A DNA stretch of 59,656 nucleotides from Candidatus Palauibacter denitrificans (GTDB lineage: Bacteria; Gemmatimonadota; Gemmatimonadetes; Palauibacterales; Palauibacteraceae). The notes below the pieces were generated by a model. It was not told where the DNA came from. It did no database searches and worked only from the letters and a program-made list of their open reading frames with translations. Shown here one piece after another: positions 21,301-30,058 of this stretch (its first letter is position 1; each line of letters begins with the position of its first letter). The stretch is from assembly GCA_009841015.1 (NCBI GenBank), contig VXMQ01000089.1:1-59656 (forward strand). The letters run 5' to 3'. Made by a program: the position numbers and the translations under genes.

Positions 21301-22401
21301 ATGCGCCAGGGCCGCCTCGACGACCTCCCGGGGATGATCCGTGTTCTCGGCCGCCCAGTCGCGGAAGCTCGACCGGAAGCCGTGCGGCACGGCCCCGATC
21401 TCGTGTCTATGCAGGAGTCGGCGCAGCGTTTTCTCCGACAGCGGCTTCGCGCCACCCCGGGAGAACACGAACGGACTGTGGCCGTCGAGCTTTCGCGCCC
21501 GGGCGAGGATCTCCAGGGCGCGGGGACACAGCGGCACGCGATGCTCCCGCTTCGCCTTCATGCGCGCCGCGGGCACCGTCCACACCCTGGCGTCGTCATC
21601 GATCTCCTCCCACTCGGCCCACCGCACCTCGCCCCAGCGCGCCACCGTCAGGACCAGGAACTCGAACGCGAGCGGTCCGGCGGCGGACCGGCTCGATCCT
21701 CGCACCGCCCGGATCGCCGATGCGACCTCCCGATGCGGCAGGGCCCGCATGTGCCGAATCACGCGGTGTTGCGAGCCGAGCACAGGCCGGAGCCGGTCGC
21801 AGGGGTTGCCGGTGCGGAACTCCATCGCGACCGCCCAATCCAGCACCGAGCGGATGCGCTGCAGCACGACCCGGGCGGTGGCCGCCTTGGTGTACCAGAT
21901 CGGGGAGAGGATCTCGAGCAGGTCCGCGCTCGTCACCTCCGACACCGCCACCTTGCCGATGCGCGGGAAGGCGTACCGGTGGAGGCTCGCCATCCAGTCG
22001 CTTGCGTGCTTCTCGCTGCGCCAGCCGGCCTGCTTCTGCTCCAGGACCCGCGCGGCGGCTTCGGCAAAGCTCGGCACGTCCTGGGCGCGCCGCCTCTCCG
22101 CCATCGGGTCGCCGCCCTCGCGGGCCAGCTTGCGGTTCGCCCGCGCCGTCACCCGGGCCTCGGCCAGCGAGACCAGCGCGACGCTGCCGAGTCCGAGGTC
22201 GCGGCGGCGCCCGCGGATGACGAGACGCTGGACCCAGCTCCGGGCTCCGCTCCGCTGGACGAACAGGTACAGCGTGTTGCCGTCGCAGTACCGGCCCGGC
22301 GGCGCCGCGCGCACGAACGCGGCCGAGAGCGCCTTGTCCGGATGACGACCCTTCGGCTTCCCTCCCGGTGCCGGACCGGCGGAGGAGGCCGGGCTATTCA
22401 T
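21184..22401 (-). CDS. P4-like tyrosine integrase with arm-type DNA-binding domain
   Basis: N-terminal GRYCDGNTLYL...RRRDLGLG...SLAEAR; catalytic R (ARWGE), K (MKAKREH), HGFR, LAH and Y (AAYRR) all intact. Confidence 0.95.
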   Translation of the reverse strand: MNSPASSAGPAPGGKPKGRHPDKALSAAFVRAAPPGRYCDGNTLYLFVQRSGARSWVQRLVIRGRRRDLGLGSVALVSLAEARVTARANRKLAREGGDPMAERRRAQDVPSFAEAAARVLEQKQAGWRSEKHASDWMASLHRYAFPRIGKVAVSEVTSADLLEILSPIWYTKAATARVVLQRIRSVLDWAVAMEFRTGNPCDRLRPVLGSQHRVIRHMRALPHREVASAIRAVRGSSRSAAGPLAFEFLVLTVARWGEVRWAEWEEIDDDARVWTVPAARMKAKREHRVPLCPRALEILARARKLDGHSPFVFSRGGAKPLSEKTLRRLLHRHEIGAVPHGFRSSFRDWAAENTDHPREVVEAALAHVVQNKVEAAYRRTDLFERRRHLMNDWAAYLADDRVRRA

Positions 22402-22598
22402 CGCACCATACCGGGTATTTCATCACACCATAATAGAACGGCCTGCGGGTTCCGTGGCGCGAGCCCCGGCGTTATCATGGCCCGCCGCCGGCGGTTCGCG
22501 CGGCCGCCCGCGAGGAAACTCCGGTTCGGGCCGCCTCGTAGAATCGTTTCACCGATGGCGGCCGGTCCCGGATGACACCGGTTGCGGCAAGGACGGCG

Positions 22599-22892
22599 AT
22601 GAGCGTCTTCGTCTTCATCATCATTATCGTGGCGCTCGTCACGTTCGGGGAAGTGGCCCAGAAATGGTTCGCGGCCCGCCCGTCGCCCACGCCGGTGGAA
22701 CCGGGCCGGGACGACGAGATCGAGCGCCTGCGCGAGCATGTCGCGCTGCTGGCGAACCAGGTGGATCAGTTGACGGAGGAGCAGCGCTTCATGACCCGCC
22801 TCCTCGAGGGGGGCGGGCCGGCGAGCGGGGCGCCATCGCACGAGTCTCGCCCCGACGGGCGACCCGATTCACGAATGCGGGGACCGAACTGA
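22599..22892 (+). CDS. Small single-TM coiled-coil protein (PspB-like)
   Basis: N-terminal TM, coiled coil EIERLREHVALLANQVDQLTEEQRF; first gene of the pspA operon. Confidence 0.6.
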   Translation: MSVFVFIIIIVALVTFGEVAQKWFAARPSPTPVEPGRDDEIERLREHVALLANQVDQLTEEQRFMTRLLEGGGPASGAPSHESRPDGRPDSRMRGPN

Positions 22893-23296
22893 TGCTGAAC
22901 AGAGAAGACATAGAGAGCTTCCTCATCCGCACGGAAGCGGACTATCAGGAACTCGACGAGGGACTGTGGATCGTCCACCCTGACGGCGCGAGCGCGGAGC
23001 GGCAGCCGAGGATCCTGGTGAACTACCAGCCGCCCGTGCTCGTCTGCCGCGCGGACATCCGCGACCTCCCGATCGACGATGAGGACCAGCTCGCGCTCTA
23101 CCGGAGGCTCCTGGAGCTGAACGCGGTCGACCTCATCCACGGGGCCTACGGCCTCGAGGACGGAGAGGTCATCCTGAGCGACACGCTGGAGCTGGAGAAC
23201 CTGGACTTCTCCGAGTTCCGCGCGACGCTCGAGAGCCTCACCCTCGCGCTGACGTCCCACTGGGACAGCCTCACCGTCGACATTCCGAACGACTGA
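22892..23296 (+). CDS. CesT/YbjN-like chaperone-fold protein
   Basis: Small acidic protein with LYRRLLELNA..LIHGAYGL, DTLELENLDFSEF; directly before pspA; ATG overlaps the upstream TGA. Confidence 0.75.
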   Translation: MLNREDIESFLIRTEADYQELDEGLWIVHPDGASAERQPRILVNYQPPVLVCRADIRDLPIDDEDQLALYRRLLELNAVDLIHGAYGLEDGEVILSDTLELENLDFSEFRATLESLTLALTSHWDSLTVDIPND

Positions 23297-23325
23297 AGAG
23301 CAAGCACAGGAAACGAGCATACACC

Positions 23326-24186
23326 ATGGGTGTCCTGGACCGTCTTTCACGGCTGATTCGATCGAACCTCAACGACCTCATCGCTCGGGCCGAGAACCCC
23401 GAGAAGATGCTCACCACGATCATCGAGGACATGCGCCGCCAGCTCGCCCAGGCGAAGCAGGAGGTGGCGGTCGCGATCGCCGACGAACGCAAGCTGCGGG
23501 CGCAGTTCGAGGAGTCGCGCTCCACGGCGCAGGAGTGGGAGCGGCGGGCGCGGCTGGCGATCCGCGAGGGCCGCGATGACCTCGCGCGCCAGGCGCTCGT
23601 GCGCGGGCAGGAGCACGCCGAGCACGCGCGCGAGCTGGAGGCGCAGTGGCAGAACCACCGCGCCGAAACGGAGAAGCTCAAGGACTCGCTGCGCCAGCTG
23701 AACGCGAAGATCGAGGAGGCGAAGCGCAAGAAGAACCTCCTCATCGCGAAGCAGAAGCGCGCGGAGGCCCAGAAGCGCATCCACGACACGATGCAGGGGC
23801 TCCACGACAAGAGCGCCTTCCGCGCCTTCGACCAGATGACCGAGAAAATCGAGCAGGCGGAGCGCCAGGCGCTCGCGAGCGCGGAGGTCACCGAGGAACT
23901 CACCGGCGACACGCTCCTCAGCGAGTTCAAGGCGCTGGAGGCGGGGGGCGACGCGGCCGTGGAGGACCGGCTGCTGGAGATGAAGGCCTCCATGGGCCTC
24001 CTCCCCTCGGCGGAGCCAGAGGAGGTGAAAGCGCTCGGTGCCGGCGAGGACGCGGAGGGCGCGGCGGATTCCGGGTCGGAGGCGGGTGACGCCGGCGACG
24101 CCGCCGACGCGGAAGAGATTCCCGAGGCGGAACTCCTCGAACTGCTGGGCGAGTCCGGCGAGACGGAGCGGGCCGGGAGCGAATGA
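23326..24186 (+). CDS. pspA: PspA/IM30 family protein
   Basis: MGVLDRLSRLIRSNLNDLIARAENPEKML, REDLAR-like GRDDLARQAL, long coiled coil, acidic tail. Confidence 0.93.
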   Translation: MGVLDRLSRLIRSNLNDLIARAENPEKMLTTIIEDMRRQLAQAKQEVAVAIADERKLRAQFEESRSTAQEWERRARLAIREGRDDLARQALVRGQEHAEHARELEAQWQNHRAETEKLKDSLRQLNAKIEEAKRKKNLLIAKQKRAEAQKRIHDTMQGLHDKSAFRAFDQMTEKIEQAERQALASAEVTEELTGDTLLSEFKALEAGGDAAVEDRLLEMKASMGLLPSAEPEEVKALGAGEDAEGAADSGSEAGDAGDAADAEEIPEAELLELLGESGETERAGSE

Positions 24187-25313
24187 GCCCGGGCCCGGGG
24201 CGGAAGCGGCTCTCCTCCTCCCGGCTCGCGATCCTCGCGGAGGGGGCCTTCGGGGTCGAGACGGCGAAGACCGCCTCGTCCGCCGTGCGCTACCAGCCGG
24301 AGCGGGTGGGCGCCGTCATCGATTCCCGCTTCGCCGGCAGCACCGTGGGGGAGACGCTGGGCTTCGGCGGCGACATCCCCATCGTCGCGACCTTCGCCGA
24401 GGCGCTCGCGACCGAACCCCGCCCCGAAGCCCTGCTCGTGGGGATCGCGCCCCAGGGCGGGCAGCTCCCCGAGGCGTGGCGGGCCGTGCTCGTGGCCGCG
24501 CTCGAGGCGGGGCTCGACATCATCAGCGGCCTTCACTTCTTCCTCTGCGACGATCCCGAGCTTGAGGCGCTGGCGGACCGGCACGGCTGCACGCTGTTCG
24601 ACCTCCGCAAACCGCCCCCGGACCTCCCGGTGGGCGCCGGCCGGGCCATGGGGACGGACGCGTTCCGGGTGCTCACGGTCGGCACGGACTGCAACACCGG
24701 AAAGATGACGGTCTCGCTCGAACTGCAGCGCGCCCTCGAGGCCCGGGGCGTGCGCGCCGGCTTCGCCGCCACGGGCCAGACGGGGATCCTCATCGCCGGC
24801 ACGGGCATTGCCGTGGACGCGGTGGTGTCGGACTTCATCTCCGGCGCCGCCGAACGCCTCACGCTGGAGGCGGCGCGGGGCGAGGACGGCGCGGGCGTCG
24901 ACATCGTGCTCGTCGAGGGCCAGGGGTCGCTCATGCACCCCGGCTACTCCGGCGTCACGCACGGCCTCCTGCACGGCACGCTGCCGCAGGCGATGATCCT
25001 CACCTGGATGCCGAGCCGCCCCCGCATCTACGGCGGCAACCACAGTTGGGTCGTGCTCCCGGAACTGGACGAAGTGATCCGCCGCTACGAGGACGCGCTC
25101 GCCTGGGCCTGCCCCGAAGTCCCCGGCCGCGTGATCGGCGTCTCGCTGGCGACCTACGACATCTCCGAGGACGACGCCCGCGCCGCCGTCCGCCACGCCC
25201 GCGACGTCACCGGCCTCCCCGCCACCGACCCCATCCGCTTCGGCCCTGATCCCCTCGTAGAAGCCATCCTGACCGCCCACAACACCCACCGGGAGGCTGC
25301 AGCCCCCGCCTGA
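24183..25313 (+). CDS. DUF1611 family protein (DgcN-like D-glutamate N-acetyltransferase)
   Basis: GIAPQGG, ISGLH, VGTDCNTGKMT, ATGQTG, VEGQGSL.HP motifs. Confidence 0.85.
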   Translation: MSPGPGRKRLSSSRLAILAEGAFGVETAKTASSAVRYQPERVGAVIDSRFAGSTVGETLGFGGDIPIVATFAEALATEPRPEALLVGIAPQGGQLPEAWRAVLVAALEAGLDIISGLHFFLCDDPELEALADRHGCTLFDLRKPPPDLPVGAGRAMGTDAFRVLTVGTDCNTGKMTVSLELQRALEARGVRAGFAATGQTGILIAGTGIAVDAVVSDFISGAAERLTLEAARGEDGAGVDIVLVEGQGSLMHPGYSGVTHGLLHGTLPQAMILTWMPSRPRIYGGNHSWVVLPELDEVIRRYEDALAWACPEVPGRVIGVSLATYDISEDDARAAVRHARDVTGLPATDPIRFGPDPLVEAILTAHNTHREAAAPA

Positions 25314-25464
25314 CGGCCCCGTGTCCGGCCTCTACGCTGAGGTCGTCGTCCGCGTCCGTTGATCGTCCGTTGAGAGCCCCTGCGATCCTGTGGTTGGCGA
25401 TGCTGCCGGAAGTTTCCGCGCGGCAGGCCAACGGGTTACGTTCACATCATCCCAGGGATCCTCA

Positions 25465-25956
25465 ATGTCCGAATCGAACACAGACGCAGCAGAACCCCGG
25501 ACGGTGGTCGGCGAGCCCGGCGCCGCTGCGGGCCGCCGTTCGCACGCGGAAGGACACCGCGTAGTGGACGGGATCATGATCACGCGCTGGAATCTGAGCC
25601 TTTCGCTCACCCTCGCACTCGCGGTCGTGGCGGGCGGCTTCTCTATCCTGTGGGAGCGGACGACCGCCCTTCACGCGACGCAACTCGAACTCGTCACGCG
25701 GGTGACTCGGGTTGAGGTCCAGGTTGAAGGTCTGCGCGAGGACGTCACGGCTCTCCGCGAGGAACTGCACGAGAGCGTGGCGGCTCTCCGCGAGGAGATG
25801 GCAGCTCTCCGCGCGGAATTTCGTGAGGAGATGGCGGCTCTACGCGCGGAGCTTCGTGAGGAGATGGCGGCTCTACGCGAGGAGCTTGGGGGGGATATTC
25901 GGGAACGGGGCGATCTGACCCGCGCGCACGAGACGCTGGAGGTCGGCGCGCAATGA
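25465..25956 (+). CDS. TM-anchored repeat coiled-coil protein
   Basis: TM segment LSLSLTLALAVVAGGFSILW, then 11-aa repeats REEMAALRAE(L/F) from 33-bp DNA repeats; stop overlaps the trpS start. Start may be 25576. Confidence 0.65.
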   Translation: MSESNTDAAEPRTVVGEPGAAAGRRSHAEGHRVVDGIMITRWNLSLSLTLALAVVAGGFSILWERTTALHATQLELVTRVTRVEVQVEGLREDVTALREELHESVAALREEMAALRAEFREEMAALRAELREEMAALREELGGDIRERGDLTRAHETLEVGAQ

Positions 25957-27029
25957 CCGACCGGGCCCCGTCGGGGCCGCGCAAGCGCGTGTTCAGCGGG
26001 ATCCAGCCGACGGGGCACGCGCATCTCGGGAACTATCTCGGGGTGTTCCGGCGCTGGGCGGCGATGGTCGACGAGTACGAGTGCTACTACTGCATCGTCG
26101 ACCTGCACGCGATCACGCGCGAGTACGAGCGCGAGGATCTGCTGCGGCGCGTGTTCGATCTCACGGTGTCGCTCGTGGCCTCGGGGATCGACCCGGAACG
26201 CTGCACGCTCTTCGCGCAGTCGCACGTGCCCTACCACAGCGAACTCCAGTGGCTGTTCAACACGGTCACGCCGGTGGGCGACCTGGGGCGGATGACGCAG
26301 TTCAAGGAGAAGTCGCAGGGCCGGGAGTCGGTGAACGCGGGCCTTCTCAACTATCCGGTGCTGCAGGCGGCCGACATCCTCCTCTACCGGGCGCACTTCG
26401 TGCCGGTGGGCGAGGACCAGCGCCAGCACCTCGAGCTGTCGCGGGAGGTGGCGCGGCGCTGGAACGCGCGCTTCGGCGACGTCTTCCCGGAGCCGGAGAC
26501 GCTGGTCGGGACGGGGGCTCGCGTCCGCGGGCTCGACGGCGTGGCGAAGATGTCGAAGTCGAAGGACAACACGGTGCGCATGGTGGCCGAGCCGGACGAA
26601 CTGTGGGCGCGGCTGCGCACCGCGGTCACGGACCCGGCGCGGGTGCGGAAGGACGATCCAGGGAATCCACACGTGTGCAACGTCTTCGCCCTGCACGAGT
26701 TCTTCACCGATCCGGCGGAGCGGGAGGAGATCGAGATCCTCTGCCAGACGGCGGGGATCGGCTGCGTCGCCTGCAAGCGGCAGCTCACGGACAACGTGGC
26801 CGAGGACCTGGCCCCGGTGCGCGAACGCGCGGCGGAACTGCGTGCGCACCCGGAGCGGGTGATCGAGATCCTGGCGGCGGGGGCGGAGCGCGCCCGCGCC
26901 GAGGCCGCCCGCACGATGGAAGTGGTGCGTGAGCGCATGGGCGTCGGCCCCCGCACGCTGGACGCCGACCTGCCCGGCGTGGCCGGAGCCGCCACCGCAG
27001 CGGCCGCCACCCACGGCGACGGCGGCTGA
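25953..27029 (+). CDS. trpS: Tryptophan--tRNA ligase
   Basis: FSGIQPTG..HLGNY, YPVLQAADIL, VPVGEDQRQH, KMSKS. Confidence 0.97.
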   Translation: MTDRAPSGPRKRVFSGIQPTGHAHLGNYLGVFRRWAAMVDEYECYYCIVDLHAITREYEREDLLRRVFDLTVSLVASGIDPERCTLFAQSHVPYHSELQWLFNTVTPVGDLGRMTQFKEKSQGRESVNAGLLNYPVLQAADILLYRAHFVPVGEDQRQHLELSREVARRWNARFGDVFPEPETLVGTGARVRGLDGVAKMSKSKDNTVRMVAEPDELWARLRTAVTDPARVRKDDPGNPHVCNVFALHEFFTDPAEREEIEILCQTAGIGCVACKRQLTDNVAEDLAPVRERAAELRAHPERVIEILAAGAERARAEAARTMEVVRERMGVGPRTLDADLPGVAGAATAAAATHGDGG

Positions 27030-27050
27030 GCCCCCAGGCCGGGAATCACC

Positions 27051-28097
27051 TTGCGCCGCTTCGTGATCTGGATGTACGCGCCTGAGACCCCCCACTGGTC
27101 GATGCCGGAGTGGTCGTTCGAACGCATTCGCGGCGCCCTGGACCCGGAGTGGGAGATCGAGTCGGTCCGCGTCGCGCTCGAGGCGACGGGCGACGGCGTG
27201 CGCGTGACGCCGCCGGAACTCCTGGCAGCCGTGGCCGACGCGGAGGTCTACTGCGGGTGGGGGATCCGGCGCGATGTCTTCCGTGCCGCCCGCAAGCTGT
27301 GCTGGTTCCACTCGGGCGCGGCCGGGGCGCGGAACTCGCTCTTCGAGGAGATGCGGGAGAGCGACGTCATCTTCACGAACTCGGCGGGCATGTACGCGGA
27401 CTCGCTGGCGGACCACGCCCTGGCCGGCATCCTGTACTTCGTCCGCGGCCTGGACCTGGCGGTGCGGGCGCAGCGCGAACGCGAGTGGGTCCAGTCCGCG
27501 CTGAACTCGCCCCGCAGCCCCCTGCACGCCGCGCCCGCCGCCGGCGAGGTGGCCGGGGCCTCGCTCGGCATCATCGGCTACGGCGGCATCGGATCGGCGC
27601 TCGGCCGCCGCGCGCACGCCGTCGGCATGCGAGTTCAGGCCATTCGCCGAACCGTGGGCCCAAAGCCCCCCGAGCTCGACCGCCTGGACGGGCCCGGCCA
27701 TTTGCCCAAACTCCTGGAATCCTCGGACTTCGTCGCCCTCACCGCCCCCGAGACGCCGGAGACCAAGGGCCTGCTCGGCGCCGCGGAACTCGCGCGCATG
27801 AAGCCGGGCGCCGTGCTCATCAACCTCGCCCGCGGCACCCTCGTGGATGAAGCCGCGCTCGTCCGGGCGCTGGAGGGGGGACACCTGCGCGGCGCAATGC
27901 TGGACGTGTTCAGGATGGAGCCGCTCCCGTCCCGCCACCCACTGTGGGGGCTGGAGAACGTCCTCATCACCCCGCACGTGGGCGGCACCTCGGCCCGCTT
28001 CTGGCAGCGCGAGACGGACCTCATCGTGCGCAACATCTCCCGCTACCAGCGCGGCGCCCCCCTCGAGAACCAGGTAGACAAGACGCGCGGCTACTGA
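27051..28097 (+). CDS. D-2-hydroxyacid dehydrogenase family protein
   Basis: GIIGYGGIG, LINLARGTLVDE, LDVF..EPL, ITPHVGG. Confidence 0.92.
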   Translation: MRRFVIWMYAPETPHWSMPEWSFERIRGALDPEWEIESVRVALEATGDGVRVTPPELLAAVADAEVYCGWGIRRDVFRAARKLCWFHSGAAGARNSLFEEMRESDVIFTNSAGMYADSLADHALAGILYFVRGLDLAVRAQREREWVQSALNSPRSPLHAAPAAGEVAGASLGIIGYGGIGSALGRRAHAVGMRVQAIRRTVGPKPPELDRLDGPGHLPKLLESSDFVALTAPETPETKGLLGAAELARMKPGAVLINLARGTLVDEAALVRALEGGHLRGAMLDVFRMEPLPSRHPLWGLENVLITPHVGGTSARFWQRETDLIVRNISRYQRGAPLENQVDKTRGY

Positions 28098-28180
28098 CCT
28101 TGAAGCCTTCCCGATGATACCACCTTGAGTCCTGCCCGGAACTTGGGTTCGAGACACCAACGAACCCGAGACGCTGGAGA
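28097..28180 (+). repeat. ~85-bp leader repeat, copy 1
   Basis: Aligns with 28790-28879; 28-bp identical core cctgcccggaacttgggttcgagacacc; hairpin GGGTTCG...CGAACCC; ends in GGAGA. Confidence 0.9.
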
Positions 28181-28191
28181 ACGCCGTCCTC

Positions 28192-28440
28192 ATGGGCGAC
28201 GAGAAACTGCGCGAGAAAATGCGCCGGTCGCCCGCCGGCTGGAGGCTTCGCGAACTTCACAAGCTCTACCGCAGCTACGGGTTCCACCGACGTGAAGGGA
28301 GCAAGCACGCGATCTACCATCATCCAGACCATCCGCAGATACGAGCGACCGTTGCGCGGCACGACCCTCCGCCTAACGTGTATGTGAGGGACGCCTTGGA
28401 TCTCATCGACAGGCTTGAAGCAGCGGGAGGTGTCCGGTGA
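28192..28440 (+). CDS. HicA-like toxin
   Basis: GFHRREGSKHAIYHHP (GSxH motif), small basic protein upstream of a HicB-like gene. Confidence 0.78.
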   Translation: MGDEKLREKMRRSPAGWRLRELHKLYRSYGFHRREGSKHAIYHHPDHPQIRATVARHDPPPNVYVRDALDLIDRLEAAGGVR

Positions 28441-28676
28441 GCACTAAAGCAGGGAACGTCAACTACTACATGAGTCTGCCCTACGGCGAGCGGGTCCTGC
28501 AGGAAGTTCTCGACGACGGATCGTCGTACTACGTCGCCCGCGTCGTCGAGTTGGAGGGGTGCACGAGCCACGGCGATACGCCCGACGAGGCGCTATGGAA
28601 CCTCCAGGACGCCAAGCAACTCTACATCGAAACGATGCTTGAAGACGGTCTCAAGCCACCGCTTCCCCGGAACTAG
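28437..28676 (+). CDS. HicB-like antitoxin
   Basis: YVARVVELEGCTSHGDTPDEALWNL...PLP HicB pattern; GTGA overlap with the toxin. Confidence 0.85.
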   Translation: MSTKAGNVNYYMSLPYGERVLQEVLDDGSSYYVARVVELEGCTSHGDTPDEALWNLQDAKQLYIETMLEDGLKPPLPRN

Positions 28677-28752
28677 GCAGTACAGCGGGCGACATGAATC
28701 GCAGCAACCGTGCTCGACAGGATGCGCGGCTACTGCGTCGCGGCCACGGCGC

Positions 28753-28772
28753 GACGTTCCCGCAGGAACGTC
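28753..28772. repeat. Palindrome copy (one mismatch)
   Basis: GACGTTCCCGCAGGAACGTC. Confidence 0.85.
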
Positions 28773-28789
28773 CCCGGACCCCTCCCGCT

Positions 28790-28879
28790 ACCTTGAAGGC
28801 GGTCCCCGATGACGCCACATTGAGCCCTGCCCGGAACTTGGGTTCGAGACACCGAAAACGAACCCGAGACACGAGGAGA
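28790..28879 (+). repeat. ~85-bp leader repeat, copy 2
   Basis: Aligns with 28097-28180. Confidence 0.9.
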
Positions 28880-28884
28880 CGGTG

Positions 28885-29064
28885 ATGACGGCAGAAGGTT
28901 GGACAATCATCGGGGCGACCATCGCGCTCGTCGGCATATTCGCGCCGGTGCTCATGGGGATCCGCCGCGACCTTACGGATCTGCGTGAACGCATGGCCAG
29001 ACTCGAAGGTCTGTTCGAAGGCTTCATCCGCCGGGACGAAAAGGCGCCGAGCCACTCCGCCTGA
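28885..29064 (+). CDS. Small TM plus coiled-coil protein (RERMARLEG)
   Basis: RBS GAGGAG; hydrophobic N-terminus; DLRERMARLEGLFEGF similar to the end of 7567-7956. Confidence 0.7.
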   Translation: MTAEGWTIIGATIALVGIFAPVLMGIRRDLTDLRERMARLEGLFEGFIRRDEKAPSHSA

Positions 29065-29080
29065 GGCGCGAACCCCCGGA

Positions 29081-29100
29081 GACGTTCCCGCGGGAACGTC
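29081..29100. repeat. Perfect 20-bp palindrome
   Basis: GACGTTCCCGCGGGAACGTC. Confidence 0.95.
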
Positions 29101-29135
29101 CATGACGCGCCATTGACCCTAGCTTCGGAAGTTCC

Positions 29136-30029
29136 ATGAGAGATCTTTCAGGTGTGCATCCGCCCGTGGCCACGCCGTTCGGCGAGGACGGCGAGTTGGC
29201 GCTCGACGCGTTCGACAACAACCTGCGCGAGTGGCTCTCGCACCCCATCGCCGGCATCGTCGTGGCCGGTTCCACGGGAGAGGCGCCGCTCCTCGACCGC
29301 CGGGAACTGTGGAAGCTGGTGGAGACCACGGCCGCGCGCATCGGAGACCGTACGCTGACCGTCGGAACGGGGGCCGAGTCCACGCGCGAGGTGATATTCG
29401 TGACCCGCAAGGTGGCCGAGCTTGGCGCGCACGCCGTCCTCGTGCGCTCTCCCTCATACTACCTGAAGGCGATGCGGCCCGATGTCGTGCGCGATCACTT
29501 CCTCGCGGTGGCGGACGCGTCGCCCGTGCCCGTCGTCCTCTACCACATCCCCCAGTTCGTCCCCGTGCACCTGACGCCCGATCTCGTGGGCCGGCTCGTC
29601 GAACACCCCAACATCATCGGGATCAAGGATTCCTCGGGCGATCTCCGGAACCTCGGCCAACTCATCGAGGCGTGCGGCCGCAACGCGCAGGTGCTCGTGG
29701 GCTCCGGCGCGCTCCTCTACGCCGCGCTCGAGGCCGGGGCGGCCGGCGGCATCCTCGGCGTGGCCGTGATCGCGACCCGCTCCTGCTGCCAGATCTACGA
29801 CGCCTGGAAGGAGGGCGACCACCGCCGCGCCGGAGCCATGCAGGAACGCGTGGCGCCGCTCCACAAGAGCCTCGTGGCGGAGGGCGGCATCGCCGCGGTC
29901 AAAGCCGCGCTCGACCGCCTCGGCCTCTACGGCGGCAGCCCCCGCAGCCCGCTGCAGCCCGCCGACGCCGCCAAGCTCGCCAAGGTCGACGCCGCCCTCG
30001 AAGCCGCCACCCTCGGCGTCTCCGCCTGA
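29136..30029 (+). CDS. Dihydrodipicolinate synthase (DapA/HOGA) family aldolase
   Basis: TPF, GSTGE, PVVLY, IIGIKDSSGD Schiff-base Lys motif. Confidence 0.9.
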   Translation: MRDLSGVHPPVATPFGEDGELALDAFDNNLREWLSHPIAGIVVAGSTGEAPLLDRRELWKLVETTAARIGDRTLTVGTGAESTREVIFVTRKVAELGAHAVLVRSPSYYLKAMRPDVVRDHFLAVADASPVPVVLYHIPQFVPVHLTPDLVGRLVEHPNIIGIKDSSGDLRNLGQLIEACGRNAQVLVGSGALLYAALEAGAAGGILGVAVIATRSCCQIYDAWKEGDHRRAGAMQERVAPLHKSLVAEGGIAAVKAALDRLGLYGGSPRSPLQPADAAKLAKVDAALEAATLGVSA

Positions 30030-30058
30030 AGCTGACGGCAGATCTCCAGACTCGCGCG

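Noticed and set aside
28097-29100. Classical integron attC cassettes
   Set aside because: No RYYYAAC...GTTRRRY bounded long imperfect palindromes; the repeat lies 5' of the genes; the integrase in the window is P4-like, not IntI.
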